Origin: Squalus acanthias
Lineage: Eukaryota
Direction of reading: 5' to 3'
NCBI GenBank assembly: GCA_030390025.1
Contig: CM059440.1
Span: 69,998,001 to 70,062,000 of the forward strand
Length of the DNA: 64,000 nt
This document shows positions 36,266 through 49,504 of this stretch, piece after piece. The notes under the pieces are model-generated. The model saw only the letters and a list, made by a program, of their open reading frames with translations. It was not told the DNA's origin and made no database searches. A program made the position numbers and the translations under genes. Within the stretch, counting starts at the first letter, position 1. Every line of letters starts with the position of its first letter.

Positions 36266-39243
36266 CATAGGAACATAGGAACAGGAGTAGGCCATTGAGC
36301 CCCTCGAGCCTGTTCCGCCATTCAATGAGATCATGGCTGATCTGTGACCTAACTCCATATACCCGCCTTTGGCCCATATCCCTTAATACCTTTGGTTAAT
36401 AAAAAGCTATCAATCGCCGATTTAAAATTAACAATTAATCTAGCATCAATTGCCATTTATGGAAGAGAGTTCCAAACTTCTACCACCCTTTGTGTGTAGA
36501 AATGTTTCCTAATTTCACTCCTGAAAGGTCTGGCTTGAATTTTTAGACTATGCCCCCAGTCCTAGAATCCCCAACCAGTGGAAATAGTTTTTCTCTATCT
36601 ACCCTATCTGATCCCTTTAATATCTTGAAAACTTCAATCAGATCACCCCTTAACCTTTTAAATTCTAGGGAATACAACCCTAATTTATGTTATCTCCCCT
36701 CGTAACTTAACCCTTGAAGTCCGGGTATCATTCTGGTAACCCTACGCTGCACTCCCTCCTGGGCCAATATATCCTTCCTAACATGTGGTGCCCAGAACTG
36801 CTCACAATACACCAGGTGTGGTCTAACCAGGGTTTTGAATAGCTGCAGCATAACTCCTACCCCCTTGTATACTAGTCTTCTAGATATAAAGGCCAGCATT
36901 CCATTAGCCTTTTTGATTATTTTCATGACTTTTTTTTATTCGTTCCTGGGATGTGGGCGTCGCTGGCAAGGCCAGCATTTATTGCCCATTCCTAATTGCC
37001 CTTCAGAAGGTGGTGGTGAGCCGCCTTCTTGAACAGCTGCAGTCCTCGTCACACAGTGCTGTTAGGGACAGAGTTCCAGGATTTTGAGCCAGCGACGATG
37101 AAGGAACTTCCAAGTCAGGATGGTGTGTGACTTGCAGGGGAACTTGGAGGTGGTAGTGTTCCCATACGCCTGCTGCCCTTATCCTTCTAGGTGGTAGAAG
37201 TCGTGGGTATTGGGAGGTGCTGCCAAAGAAGCCTTGGCGAGTTGATGCAGTGCATCTTGTAGATGGTACACACTGCAGCCATGGTGCACCGGTGGTGGAG
37301 GGAGTGAATATTTAAGGGGTGGATGAGGTGCCAATCAAGCGGGCTGCTTTGTCCTGGATGGTGTCGAGCTTCTTGAGTGTTGTTGGAGCTGCACTCATCT
37401 AGGCAAGTGGAGAGTATTCCATCACACTCCTGACTTGTGCCTTGTAGATGGTGGAAAGGCTTTGGGGAGTTAGGAGGTAAGACACTCGCTGCAGAATACT
37501 CAGCCTCTGACCTGCTCTTGTAGCCACAATATTTATGTGGCTGGTCCAGTTAAGTTTCTGGTCAATGGTGACCCCCAGGATGTTGATGGTGGGGGATTCA
37601 GCAATGGTAATGCCATGGAATGTCAAGGGGTGGTGGTTAGACTCTCGCTTGTTGGATATAGTCATTGCTTGGCACTTGTGTGGTGTGAATGTTACTTATC
37701 AGCCAAGCCTGAATGGCGTCCAGGTCTTGCTGCATTCGGGCATGGACTGCTTCATTATCTGAGGAATTGCGAATGGCACCGAACACTGTGCAATTATCAG
37801 TGAACATCCCCACTTCTGATCTTATGATGGAGGGAAGGTCATTGATGAAGTAGCTGAAGATGGTTGGGCCTAGGACACTGCCCTGAGGAACTCTTGCAGC
37901 GATGTCCTGGGGCTGAGATGATTGACCTCCAACAACTACAACCATCTTGTTTGTCTTAGGTATGACTCCAGCCAGTGGAGAGTTTTCCCCCTCATTCCCA
38001 CTGACTTCAATTTTACTAGGGCTCCTTGATGCCACACTCAGTCAAATGCTGCCTTGATGTCAAGGGCAGTCACTCTCACCTCACCTCTGGAATTCAGCTC
38101 CTTTGTCCATGTTTGGACCACGGCTGTAATGAGGTCTGGAGCCGAGTAGTCCTGGCGGAACCCAAACTGAGTATCGGTGAGCAGGTTATTGGTGAGTAAG
38201 TGCCACTTGATTGCACTGTCGACGACACCTTCCATCACTTTGCTGATGATTGAGTGTAGAAAATGATCTACGTACCTGGACCCCCAAGTCTCTTTGGACC
38301 TCGACTGTTTTTAGCTTTTCACCATTTAGAAAGTATCCTGTTCTATCCTTCTTATGTCCAATGTGGATGACCTCACATTTGCCTACATTGAAATCCATTT
38401 GCCACAGTTAAGCCCATTCACTTAATCTGTCGATATCCCTTTGTAATTTTATGCTTTCATCTACACTGCCTACAATGCCGCCTATCTTTGTGTCATCAGC
38501 AAATTTGGATATATGACTATGTGCCATCATCTAAGTCGTTAATAAATACTGTGAATAGTTGAGCTTCCAACCCAGATCCCTGCGGGACACCGCTAGTCAC
38601 ATCCTGCCAATTTAAGTACCTACCCATTATCCCTACTGCCTGTCTCCTGCCGCTCAGCCAATTTCCTAACCAGGTCAATAATTTGCCCTCAATACCTTAG
38701 TCTCTTATGTGGGACTTTATCAAATGCCTTCTGAAAGTCCATATAAATAACATCCATAGACATTCCCCTATCCACTACTTTAGTCACCTCCTCAAAAAAT
38801 TCAGTCAGGTTTGTCAGGCATGACTTACCTTTCACAAATCCATGATCAACTGAATGTTTTTGAGGTGTTCAGTTACCCTATCATTAATTATAGACTCTAA
38901 CAATTTCCCGACAACAGATGTTAGGCTAACTGGTCTATAATTCCCTGGTGACCCTCTCTCACGATTCTTAAATAGCGGAGCGACATGTGCAATTTTCCAA
39001 TCTAAAGGAATGGTTCCTGAATCGAGAGAATTTTGGAAGATTATAGTTAGGGCATCAGCAATGTGCTCACCTACTTCCTTTAAAACCCTGGGATGGAAAC
39101 CATCTGGTCCTGGGAATTTAGTGCCATTATTTTCTTCATTACTGTTATTTTACTTACGTTAATTTTATTGAGTCCCTGTCCCTGATTCAATATTAGTTTC
39201 CTTGGGATTGCTGGCATGCTATCCTCTTCCTCTACTGTAAATA
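36266..39243 (-). mobile_element. CR1 LINE fragment interrupted by LINE family B
   Basis: ORFs 36690..36926 and 38186..38398; (CATAGGAA)n tail. Confidence 0.85.
36930..38258 (-). mobile_element. LINE family B fragment
   Basis: ORFs 37399..37665, 37637..38035 and 38038..38238 match 24322-26210. Confidence 0.88.
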
Positions 39244-39344
39244 GCACATGTAATTGTAGCCTCGATCACAAGCTTCTATTGATCGTGGGGTTGTGGGGTC
39301 CCAACATTACATCCCATCTCAGGGCACCCAAGCACCAAGTGAAA

Positions 39345-39651
39345 TATTCCATTACATCGCTCTCAATACACCATTAAATCTCAATGCACTCATGCACTGA
39401 GACATACCATTGACAGTCTTTTTCAATGCACTCACGCACTGAGAGAGACAAAACATCAAGTTTCATTGCACCTTGCACTCAGTGAGACACCAAATTCCAT
39501 TCTTCCGAATGCACTCACGCTGAGTGAGTCACATACCATTACCGTCCCTCCCAATGCTCTCATGTACTGAGTGAAACACAATATTCGAGTCCCTCTCAAT
39601 GCACTGGAGCAACAGGTGAAACACGCCGTTACACTGCCTCTCAATGCACTC
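39345..39651. repeat. Degenerate ~45-bp minisatellite
   Basis: About 6-7 units with core CAATGCACTCA(C/T)GCACTGAG(TGAG)ACAC. Confidence 0.6.
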
Positions 39652-39900
39652 AACAACAGCTTACATTTATATAGCACTCTTAAGATAAAAAATGTCCCAA
39701 GATGCTTTACACAGAGGGTGAAAAAAATAGATACGGGAACAGGCACCAAACCATGGAGAGATTAGAAAGAGCAGCCAAAAGCTTGGTCGAAAAGAGGAGT
39801 TTTCAGAAAGTGTTTAAAGGTGCAGGGCGAAGAAGAGAAGAAAAGGAAATCAGGAAAAGGAAATCAGGGACATTCAGAGAGTATGACCAAGGGAGCTGAA
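39652..39900 (-). mobile_element. L2 3' end fragment
   Basis: CAACAACAGCTTACATTTATATAGCAC... matches the reverse complement of the L2 tail at 18800-18955. Confidence 0.65.
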
Positions 39901-41744
39901 GAATCAAGCATTTTATGAGACATCATTCCAGGTCCACTCCATGCACTCAAGCATGGAGTACAATAAACATCATTAATGCTTCCCTCTTCTCTATTTAGTA
40001 ACTGCCTACTCATAAAACGCACCTTCCCCATCTCCCAATGTTTCTATTGCTCTTATATTTTCAATATCCACCTTAACTGAACATTACCAGTAACATGGTA
40101 CTTGTTAACTGGCTTGTACTTTGAGTATTTGAAGGGTTATGAAGTAGCAGCAATAGAAAAAAGGTTCAAATTGCTTTCTCAGATATTTCTTCTGAGCAGC
40201 TTTGTACTGACAGCCCCTCATTAGGCAAAGCTTTTAAGGCCTCTTCTTCTTCAAGAGGATAAGCTTAGGTACAAATCCTTTAGAAATGCAGCCCATCTTC
40301 CAAAAGCAGTCTGTACTTTGACATTTCGAACATGCAATATAACCCGTGAGCTGCTTCTTATATTTAAGGCTAAAATGTCCAAGGCAACACTCAGTAAAAT
40401 TGACTAGCAGTGCGCAAATGAAATTCCTAGGTTATTATACTATGACAGCCTGCGGTACACCAAAAAATACTGACAAATGATACACATTGTGTTGGTGTTT
40501 TAAGTATTTCTGTTGGACAATTATTCCTTTTAATCATAAGTAATAATGCAGTATATATTGCTTACTATGGGAGCAGATTTCCTCTGAGGACGAGACGTAG
40601 CGAAATTGTAAATGCATTCTTTATAAGTAGGTTTATGATTTTGTTACAGCTAACACGCACAGAAGAAAGGTTCCCCAAGGTCTCTTTTTATTTTGTTTCG
40701 ACATTTATCATATCATGTCTTAACATCAGTTTCTTATTTATATCTCTATTTTCTGATGCGTTTTTTTTGTTCCCATCAGGAAATTTTAAGGAAAAAAGAG
40801 CAGAATTGTTTTCAAGAGGCCAATTTTGGGAAGGGGGGAGGAACCAAACCATCGGTGACTGTGCGAATCACCACAATTTACCAGTTTAGAAGATGCAGCA
40901 TTGTATAATTTGATCATTCCCTCTTTGATGCTTAGTGAGTTATCACATCATCCTTACACATTATAGATTACTATTTCATTTATTGCATTGTCTATTTTGT
41001 TTATCCCAGAAAAGGATTTGCAACATTTTCATAATAGTTTTAACAATATAGCCCCTGGCTGTTATTTTCTCAAAAGCAATGTGGTCTGACATGCATTCAA
41101 ATCAGTGTTAGACACCAAGTAAGCCCACATGCCATCATATCCAATTATGTTTCTTTTAATTCTTGGTGGAACCCCTTTCAAGGTATATAAAAGTAGTCTT
41201 TTATCTGTTAGTGTTATCCTTCTCTATTTCAATGCCTCAGCTGTCCAAGGTGTGGAAAACAAATTGATATAGCAATGCTTGTTTAAAGGGAACATTTTGT
41301 GAAATGTTGATTTAACCACGTATCCCAGTTGAAGTCACCTACAGGTCTACATTTTAAATTGGGATTCCTGCTTTGCAGGCAGGATTTTTTTTTTAAACCA
41401 CAACCGTATAACCTAGTCCTATAAAGCTCGATGGTCCAGTTTACACAAGATTTTCTTCACTCTTCTCTGGAAGCAGTGACTCGTACTGAGTTATGGTTCC
41501 ACAGGTGTCAGCAACATTCCAGTACCTCTCCCAAGTGACCACTCTTCAACCGGAAACCAGATAGTGAGTGTCAACAGGTTAATTGACGATGAGGGGATCA
41601 CAGATAAACCACCCAATGTCATCACGTTGCATAACCCTTTAAAAGCAATAAACAGCAAATTGTTGGCATGTAATGATTTGAAATAAATTAATCAGCACTT
41701 TACAGTGTTTGTTTTATGAGTTAGCCCTGGGGGAATAGAGCTTC

Positions 41745-43670
41745 ATAGAAAAAAATAGGAGCAGAAGTAGGCCATTCGGTCCTTCGAGCCTACTCCGCCA
41801 TTCAATATGATCATGGCTGATCCTCTATCTCAATACCATATTCCCGCTCTCTCCCCATACGCCTTGATGCCTTTTGTGTCTAGAAATCTATCTATCTCCA
41901 TCTTAAATATATTCAGTGACTTGGCCTCCACAGCCTTCTGTGGTAGAGAATTCCACAGTTTCACCGCCCTCTGAGTGAAGAAATTTCTCCTCATCTCAGT
42001 CCTAAATGTCCTACCCCATATCCTGAGACTGTGACCCCTCGTTCTAGACCCCCCAGCCAGGGGAAACATCCTCCCTGCATCCAGTCTGTCTAGCCCTTGT
42101 CAGAATTTTATACGTTTCAATGAGCTCCCCTCTCATTCTTCTAAACTCTAGTGAATACAGGCCTAGTTGACCCAATCTCTCCTCATACGACAGTCCTGCC
42201 ATCCCAGGAATCAGTCTGGTGAACCTTCGCTGCACTCCCTCTATGGCAAGTATATCCTTTCTTAGGTAAGGAGACCAAAACTGCACACAGTACTCCAGAT
42301 GTGGTCTCACCAAGGCCCTGTATAACTGTAGTAAGACATCCTTGCTCCTGTACTCAAATCCTCTTGCAATGAAGGCCAACATACCATTTGCCTTCCTAAC
42401 TGCCTGCTGCACCTGCATGTTTGCTTTCAGTGACTGGTGTACAAGGACACCCAGCTCTCTTTGTACATCAACATTTCCCAATCTATCACCATTTAAATAA
42501 TACTCTGCCTTTCTGTTTTTCCTACCAAAGTGGATAACTTCACATTTATCCATGTTATACTGCATCTGCCATGTATTTGCCCACTCACTCAACTTGTCTA
42601 AATCGCCTTGAAGCCTCTTTGCATCCTCCTCACAACTCACAATCCCGCCTAGTTTTGTGTCGTCAGCAAACTTGGAAATATTACATTTGGTTCCCTCATC
42701 CAAATCATTGATATATATTGTGAATAGCTGGGGCCCAAGCACTGATCCTTGCAGTACCCCACTAGTCACCGCCTGCCACCCCGAAAAAGACCCATTTATT
42801 CCTACTCTCTGCTTCCTGTCTGTTAACCAATTTTCAATCCATGCCAGTATATTACCCACAATCTCATGTGCTTTAATTTTGCACACTAACCTCTTATGTG
42901 GGACTTTATCAAAGGCCTCCTGAAAATCCAAATACACCACATCCACTGGTTCTCCCTTATCTATTCTACTAGTTACATCCTCAAAAAACTCCAGTAGGTT
43001 TGTCAAACACGATTTCCCTTTCATAAATCCATGTTGACTTTGTCTAATCCGTTGATATTTTCTAAGTGTCCTGTTATCACATCCTTTATAATAGACTCTA
43101 GCATTTTCCCTACTACTGATGTTAGGCTAACCGGTCTGTAGTTCCCTGTTTTCTCTCTCCCTCCTTTTTTAAATAGTGGGGTTACATTTGCCACCCTCCA
43201 ATCTGCAGGAACTGTTCCATAATCTATAGAATTTTGGAAGATGACAACCAATGCATCCACTATTTCCATGGCTACCTCTTTTAGTACTCTGGGATGCAGA
43301 TTATCAGGCCCTGGGGATTTATCAGCTTTCAGTCCCATCAATTTCTCCAGCACTATTTTTTTACTAATACTAATTTCCTTTAATTCCTCCTTCTCACTAG
43401 ACCCTTGGTTCCCCAGCATTTCTGGGAAGTTATTTGTGTCCTCTTCTATGAAGACAGAACCAAAGTATTTGTTTAATTGCTCTGCCATTTCCTTGTTCCC
43501 CATTATAAATTCTCCCGTTTCTGACTGTAAGGGACCTACATTTGTCTTCACTACTATTTTTCTTTTTACATACTTGTAGAAGCTTTTACAGTCCGCTTTT
43601 ATGTTCCTTGCAAGTTTACACTCGTACTCTATTTTTCCCCTCTTAATCAATCTCTTGGTCCTTTTTTGCT
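41745..43670 (-). mobile_element. CR1 LINE, truncated RT region
   Basis: ORFs 43021..43650, 42044..43024 and 41830..42069 with RT motifs. Confidence 0.95.
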
Positions 43671-43717
43671 GCAGAATTACACATCAGGAAGTCAGTTGTA
43701 GAGGAGGGACGGTGAAT

Positions 43718-44230
43718 CATGCATACAAACATACGCAAATGACGAGCAGGAAAAGACCGGCTGGTACATCAAGCCTACCCCGCACGTATGATGGCTGGAG
43801 CATCATGACCAGACACTTCCTAATCCTCCCACCCCTACCCCTGCAGCCATTGAATCTCCTGGAGAGGCACAAAGCCAGGGCCAATAAGGGAAAAAATACT
43901 CCGTAAAATTCTTCTCCAACCCCCTCAGGCAATCAGAACCAGTTCAGGAGATCACATGGACCAAGTGTTACCCGTAAACACACATGCCTTCTATATGATG
44001 CGATCTCTGCCCCAGTCAAGAATTGATTCCAATTCCCTCTTGAAGGCACTGCACCAGCCAGCAACGCATTCCAGAGCTTCACTACTCTCTGGGAAAAGAA
44101 GAACCGACTAACATCCAGCCTATTTCTACTTGTGCATAGTTTGATCGTATGTCCCTACGTCCTCCCCAATCTGTCAAACTGGAATAATCTACCAACAAGC
44201 ACGTTATCCAGCCCCTTTCATTATTTTATA
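43718..44230 (-). mobile_element. Divergent CR1-like 3' end
   Basis: CATACAAACATACG tail; GCATTCCAGAGCTTCACTACTCTCTGGGAAAAGAAGAA encodes an FFSQRVVKLWN-like segment on the minus strand. Confidence 0.55.
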
Positions 44231-44823
44231 ATGAAATATGCTGACCTCTACACCCAAAATGCCCAATATGCACTCCTGCCATGCAAAACTCTGTGCCGAG
44301 AGCATTAACAATTACATTTATTTCTAATCCATCAACATGCAATAGATATTCATTGTTAGACACAGGATAATGACTTTAGCTCATAGCAAGACTGGAAAAT
44401 TCTACTCACAAAGCTATTTTCCAGCTTTAGTGAGCAGTTTGCAGTTTGTTAGTGACGTCAGTGTTTATCTCTCCAGCTCAGATTCTTCTCTGTGTTCTTC
44501 TCTGCTTTCTAGCTGCATTTGATCTTTTATAGCCTGTTCCAACTTTCCCTGCTCCATTGACCAGCTCCTCATCTGTACCAGAAGAATATTTTAATTTTTT
44601 TTGTTCTGATTATCACCCGAGTAATAGTTTCATTTTTGACAAGTGAACCATTAAATTTAGGGGAATTGATTTATTTTAATTCAGACTGCAAAGTAACCTC
44701 TGTTTAAATTAAGTTGGTGCAGCACATTTGTAATCTTGCCAGTCCCATGCACGTACCATCCAGGTCTGTTGTTCATGGCACCTGGGAGATGGGGTTGGGC
44801 TGCAAGGACATTGGGACATCAAG

Positions 44824-46320
44824 GACACTGTTCCAATGAAGCTCAATGCAAGCTCGAGGAACACCACCTCATCTTTCTACTAGATACTTTGCAGCCTTCC
44901 CCCAGCCTTAATATTGAGTTTAAGAATGTTAGATCTTAACCATGCTCCCATTTTCTCTCGCACAGCAGGTGCTGGTAAGGGGGATGGCTGCACTAGAGCC
45001 ACTGAGAGTGGAGGAGATGTGGACTGGTGCTTGGGGTGGGGATCCCATATCGATACACGGCTGGTGGGGTGGTCCGTACCCCTGTGGTCTACCCACCTTT
45101 CTCCACCACATTCCCGGGCCACGAGAGTCTTCTCCTCTTTGTGACATTTTCCATGCTTCCCTTCCCCTCTGCTATTCTGCTGTAACCATTTATACACGCT
45201 CTGGACCCCTCTATTATCACCCTTTGCCTTGCACCATCACCACTTCTGCCATTTAATCACTCCTGCTCTCCACCCTATCACAGATCTTCCTTTTGTTCTT
45301 TTCCAGCACCCCCCCCCCCCCCCCCCCCCGCCACCGCCCGCCATTCTCCCTCCACCCCCCAACCTTAATCTGGCTCTGTATCTACTTACAAGATGTTCAT
45401 CTCTAACCATCTTGCAGTTCTGATGAGAGGTCATCGACCTGAAACATTGGCTCCGATAATAACTGTGAGGTGAGAAGGGAGCAGGGGTGGAGGTGGGGGT
45501 GGGGGGGGGGGGGGGGAGATTTAGTGGGCCAGGAAACCCGGAAGTACGGGTTTCCCGGAGGTCCTGCCGAATTTAACGGCAGGACCGGATTTAGGTTTTT
45601 AGAATCGGTTTCCCAGCCAGATTGAGAGGTAGGACAGCTGGGGAGCGGAGCACAGGTGAGTTGGACATGGGGGGGGGGGGGGTGCTGGGAGAGGAATTGG
45701 ACATTGGATGTCGGAAGGGGAAGTGGGACATTGGGGGTTGGGAGGTGAGTCGTACATCAGAGGTTGTACATCGCTGGTCCGATCGCACGGTGGGGTCGGC
45801 CGATCGAGGGGGTCGAATCGCGGGGTGGTTCCCAGGGTAACTTGGTGGACCGGGGGGAAGCACTCCTGCTCCTCCTGGTCCACAAGCAGTGCTGGAAAGG
45901 CACTTAGCTGTTCCAGCCATTCTCGCCTCCTTTTAGCTGCCGGGTTTCCCGAGGCCCGGGAAACCCGGCCCCAGGAGTTAAATATGAAATAGAGATTAAA
46001 TTTGAGGCAAGCAGCTTCATTAAAATATTTTAAGAATGGACCTGTCTCCGGAGAGCAGGTTAGTCACCCGCCCTCCAACCCGCCTCCGTTAAAATTGGAA
46101 GTGGGCGTGTTGGAGACGGGTTGGGTTTGGGTTTGTCAATTATTTTCTTTTTAACCCCCCTCCACTTCCCCCCTGCAGCCCTTCCTTAGAGGTTAAAAGT
46201 CCCCCCATTGACTCTGTTTCTCTCTCTCTCCACAGATGCTGCCTGACCTGCTGAGTGTTTCCAGCAATTTCTATTTTAATTTCAGATTTCCAGCATCCGC
46301 AGCATTTTGCTTTTTGTTTT
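44824..46320 (+). mobile_element. Penelope-like family B 3' fragment with hammerhead, interrupted by a MITE
   Basis: HCSNEAQCKLEEHHLIFLLDTLQPS...LNIEF; motif AGTT-CTGATGA-G-AGGTC-ATC-GACCT-GAAACATT at 45416-45448, resuming GACTCTG at 46210. Confidence 0.8.
45449..46206. mobile_element. Harbinger-type MITE
   Basis: Imperfect TIRs GGCTCCGATAATAAC / GTTAAAAGTCCCCCC; TSD ATT; removal restores PLE sequence. Confidence 0.75.
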
Positions 46321-46391
46321 AGGCTGCGACATGGCAGAAACTTGGATCCACAGTTCCTTTCATCTATCAGTGATTCCAGTGTAAAAGATGC

Positions 46392-47492
46392 GGGGATGCC
46401 GCTGTTGGACTGGGGTGGACAAAAATGAGAAGTCGCACAACACCAGGTTATAGTCCAAGGGGGAGAAATTCAGTATCGCCCCATTTGGGCCGCAATTATC
46501 GGCCGGGCTCAAAGATTAGCGCCTGGCGCTAATTATTGCCACCGACTGCAAACTTGACTTTTATCGCCCCCTGGAGGTGATTGGAGCGCTAAATCAGGCA
46601 CTTCACACCTGTCTTAAGGCGCAAAGGCCGAGGAGCGAGGCGCTACCTCAGAGCGCTGGCAAAGCTCATGTGATGTCAGTCAGCAATGGAACACACACAC
46701 AATGGCACCGGCCAGTTCTTAAAGGGGATGGTTGATCTTGCTTTCCATCCACATCCTGCTCATTGCAGCCTTGAATCTCTGCCTGGAGAGACCTGCACAT
46801 CAAATCTGCTGGAAAGAACAATGGAGAGTACCAGGGAAAGAGCTTAGAGTGCAGCCCCCACAGTCTCTTCTAAATCGATACAAGGAATGGCAAATCAAAA
46901 TGAACCTGCAAAGTGCTGCTCAGTACCCAAAACTCCTTCACACAGCGTTGAATCTCTCCAGAAGTCTCTCTCTCTCTCGCTCTCAGAATGCGTGGTTCAA
47001 AAATGGCACCAACAATAAAAGGCAGGAAGCGGTTGCCTTTAAATAGCACTCCCCCAGTCCCTTCATGACTGCAATTCGCTCCCCTCAACCTGTCGTTGCT
47101 AGCATCAGGCGGTAAGGCAGGGGGCGCCACTCAATATCTGCTCCGGGGCGATACCGGGGCATTGCGCACTCGACTGACGTCACGATCTGCCGGCGCAGGA
47201 GATCGTGGCGGTAGTGTTTAGCGCCGCCGCAAAATGTCTAGTTAATTTCGCGAGCGGCGCAAACATCGCCGTGCCTGGGCGCTAGATGCTTTGCGCCCCA
47301 TTAGCGCCCTCTTAAGGCGCTAATGGGAGGCGCAACCAACTGAATTTTTCCCCCCAACAGTTTTATTTGAAATTACGAGCTTTCGGAGCGCTGCTGCTTC
47401 GTCAGGTTCCTGACGAAGGAGCAGCGCTCCGAAAGCTCGTAATTTCAAATAAAACTGTTGGACTATAACCTGGTGTTGTGCGACTTCTCATT
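46392..47492 (-). mobile_element. Penelope-like family A palindromic mini-element interrupted by a Harbinger MITE
   Basis: TSD AGTGTAAAAGATGC at 46378-46391 and 47493-47506; hammerheads back-to-back at 47373-47442. Confidence 0.88.
46459..47354 (-). mobile_element. Harbinger MITE, same family as 4489-5381
   Basis: TIRs GGGGGAGAAATTCAG / CTGAATTTTTCCCCC; TSD CAA. Confidence 0.92.
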
Positions 47493-49504
47493 AGTGTAAA
47501 AGATGCCAGTCAAGGTAAACATGGCATTAAAGTAATGTCTTGTCTTGTTTCCAGAACAGTTTAAGGACACTTTACTGCTCATCAGCATGGAGCGTATACT
47601 TGTATTGCAGAAACAAGTGGATGCAAGGAACGTTTTGCCTCCCAAAGGAGTGACCCTATTAAGATCCTTCATTTATATGATAGCCTCCAATCTATCTCAC
47701 ACCACACTCCTGTATCTCTAGTCTATCCATTCTGTAAAAAGACTATATTCATACAAGTCGCTAAGCATTATTCTTATTGAAAGGTGAGTCATTTTAGTGG
47801 CCTTTGCCCAGACTGGTCCATTGAGCAAAAGCTGGCAGATGCAGCAATTAAAACTGATGATACTGGATGCAAACATGGCTGGGGTAAATGTTTAATTTTC
47901 CCACAGGAATTAATTGACCTTTCACTTGATGTCACATCCTGCTAAACTCATACTTAACTACAAAGCTTTTAGCAGTAATTGTATCCACAATACAGTCTAA
48001 TGGCTGAGTATGTGCAGAACCATCCTTTAAAGAGCAGTTAAACTTTCTACAAATCTCAACCCCGCCGCTCCTAGCCCCTTCAGTTAATTATCTTAGCCTG
48101 TAGGTTCTGGCACTTGATGGCCAGCCAACAGTAAGAGGAGGAAATCAGTAATTGGCAGTTTCTAAGCGGACTCCCCCATCCCCCACCACTATTCCTGGGT
48201 GGACAGGCTGCTGCATTTGGAGATGGTTGTAATGATATTTCTTTTTGTCCAGCCAGAAGATATGAGGTTACAGAATTTTGCCGCTAGCAAATGAGAGTGA
48301 TTTCGACCTCCTTCTGTGAGCATCCTGCCCCAGGACCAGGGCAGGCCTGCTTCTGCTAGCCGTGCTGGCCCCTTCACTGTGGTACATAATTGGTTACCTC
48401 GAGCACCTGACTTCCTTCCTTCAATCCATATTTTTTTTTACGTATCACTTTCCATTCTCGTGTTCCACCAACAATCCTTATTGTTGCCATAAGTACTAAC
48501 TTAATTGTAATTCATTGTAACTTGTATTTTTTTTTAAACCAAAACACCTTTTGAAAATAGGAACTAGCTACCAATTGAAATTGAATCTGAAAGAAATAGA
48601 CGGTTGAACATTGCAGGCATCTTAGTAAAGGTAAAGATAGGAAGATATCCAGTGACGAAAATCTATGTAATCCTTCAGGTTTTTCCTACATCTCCAGCTG
48701 TAGAGTGTTGGGTGTACAGCAGTTAACAGTGACAAGCAACAACTACAGAGAAAAAACCTGCAGATATACTAAGGTATCTTACTGAAATGATGACCGGATG
48801 ATACTGAAAATTCAGCAAGGTTCCTTGGCTCTGATTTTTGTCAGTGATACAATTGAATGTTGCCTCTTCTGTTGTTTGGTAAATTTTAACTAGTGATATA
48901 TTGTAGACAAATCTATTTGTTTTCTCTGGTTTTCCTTTCCCTTTTTCTGCCAATTTCTCTCCTTCACTCTCTTCTGAAGCTATTGCCACCTTGCTGGATT
49001 ACAGTTCTATGGGAGCTGGGGGCTCTTGTGTGTGAGCCTAGACATTGAACATCAACAAGCTATTTGAGGAAGCCTGATGCTGTCCTCACCCTATGTAATT
49101 CCAGCAGGGATCACTGGATAGCAATCAGGAGCAGGAACTTTGAACAGTTTCAGCTCCCTAACGCAGGGACCCTGAGGCTAATCACCTACCCACCCCCCGC
49201 CCATCCCCACCCAACTGAGATCAGCTACTGTAGAGCCTATGGTGCTGCTACTCACTGCCTTAATATGCTGAGCTATTGGCCAAGCCCAAGTCCATGGTTT
49301 CTAAAATTAAATGTATTTCTTTAGTTAATAGTAAATACAGATGCACCTTTAGAAAGACAGCAGCTATCCTGTTCTTCACCACCTACTGCAGTTTTAGAAG
49401 TCTGTTTCTTCATAAACTACCTCCCCATCACCTTCCCTTGTGTCGCAAACTACAGGGTGACAGGACACACATCTGAGCCCCAGTTTCTCATGTTAAATCA
49501 TCAA

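Noticed and set aside
39345-39651. CRISPR-like array
   Set aside because: Eukaryotic context, degenerate repeats, spacers related to each other and no cas genes
48723-48989. Protein-like 88-aa minus-strand ORF
   Set aside because: No recognisable homology, non-ATG start and weak splice acceptor; compatible with chance
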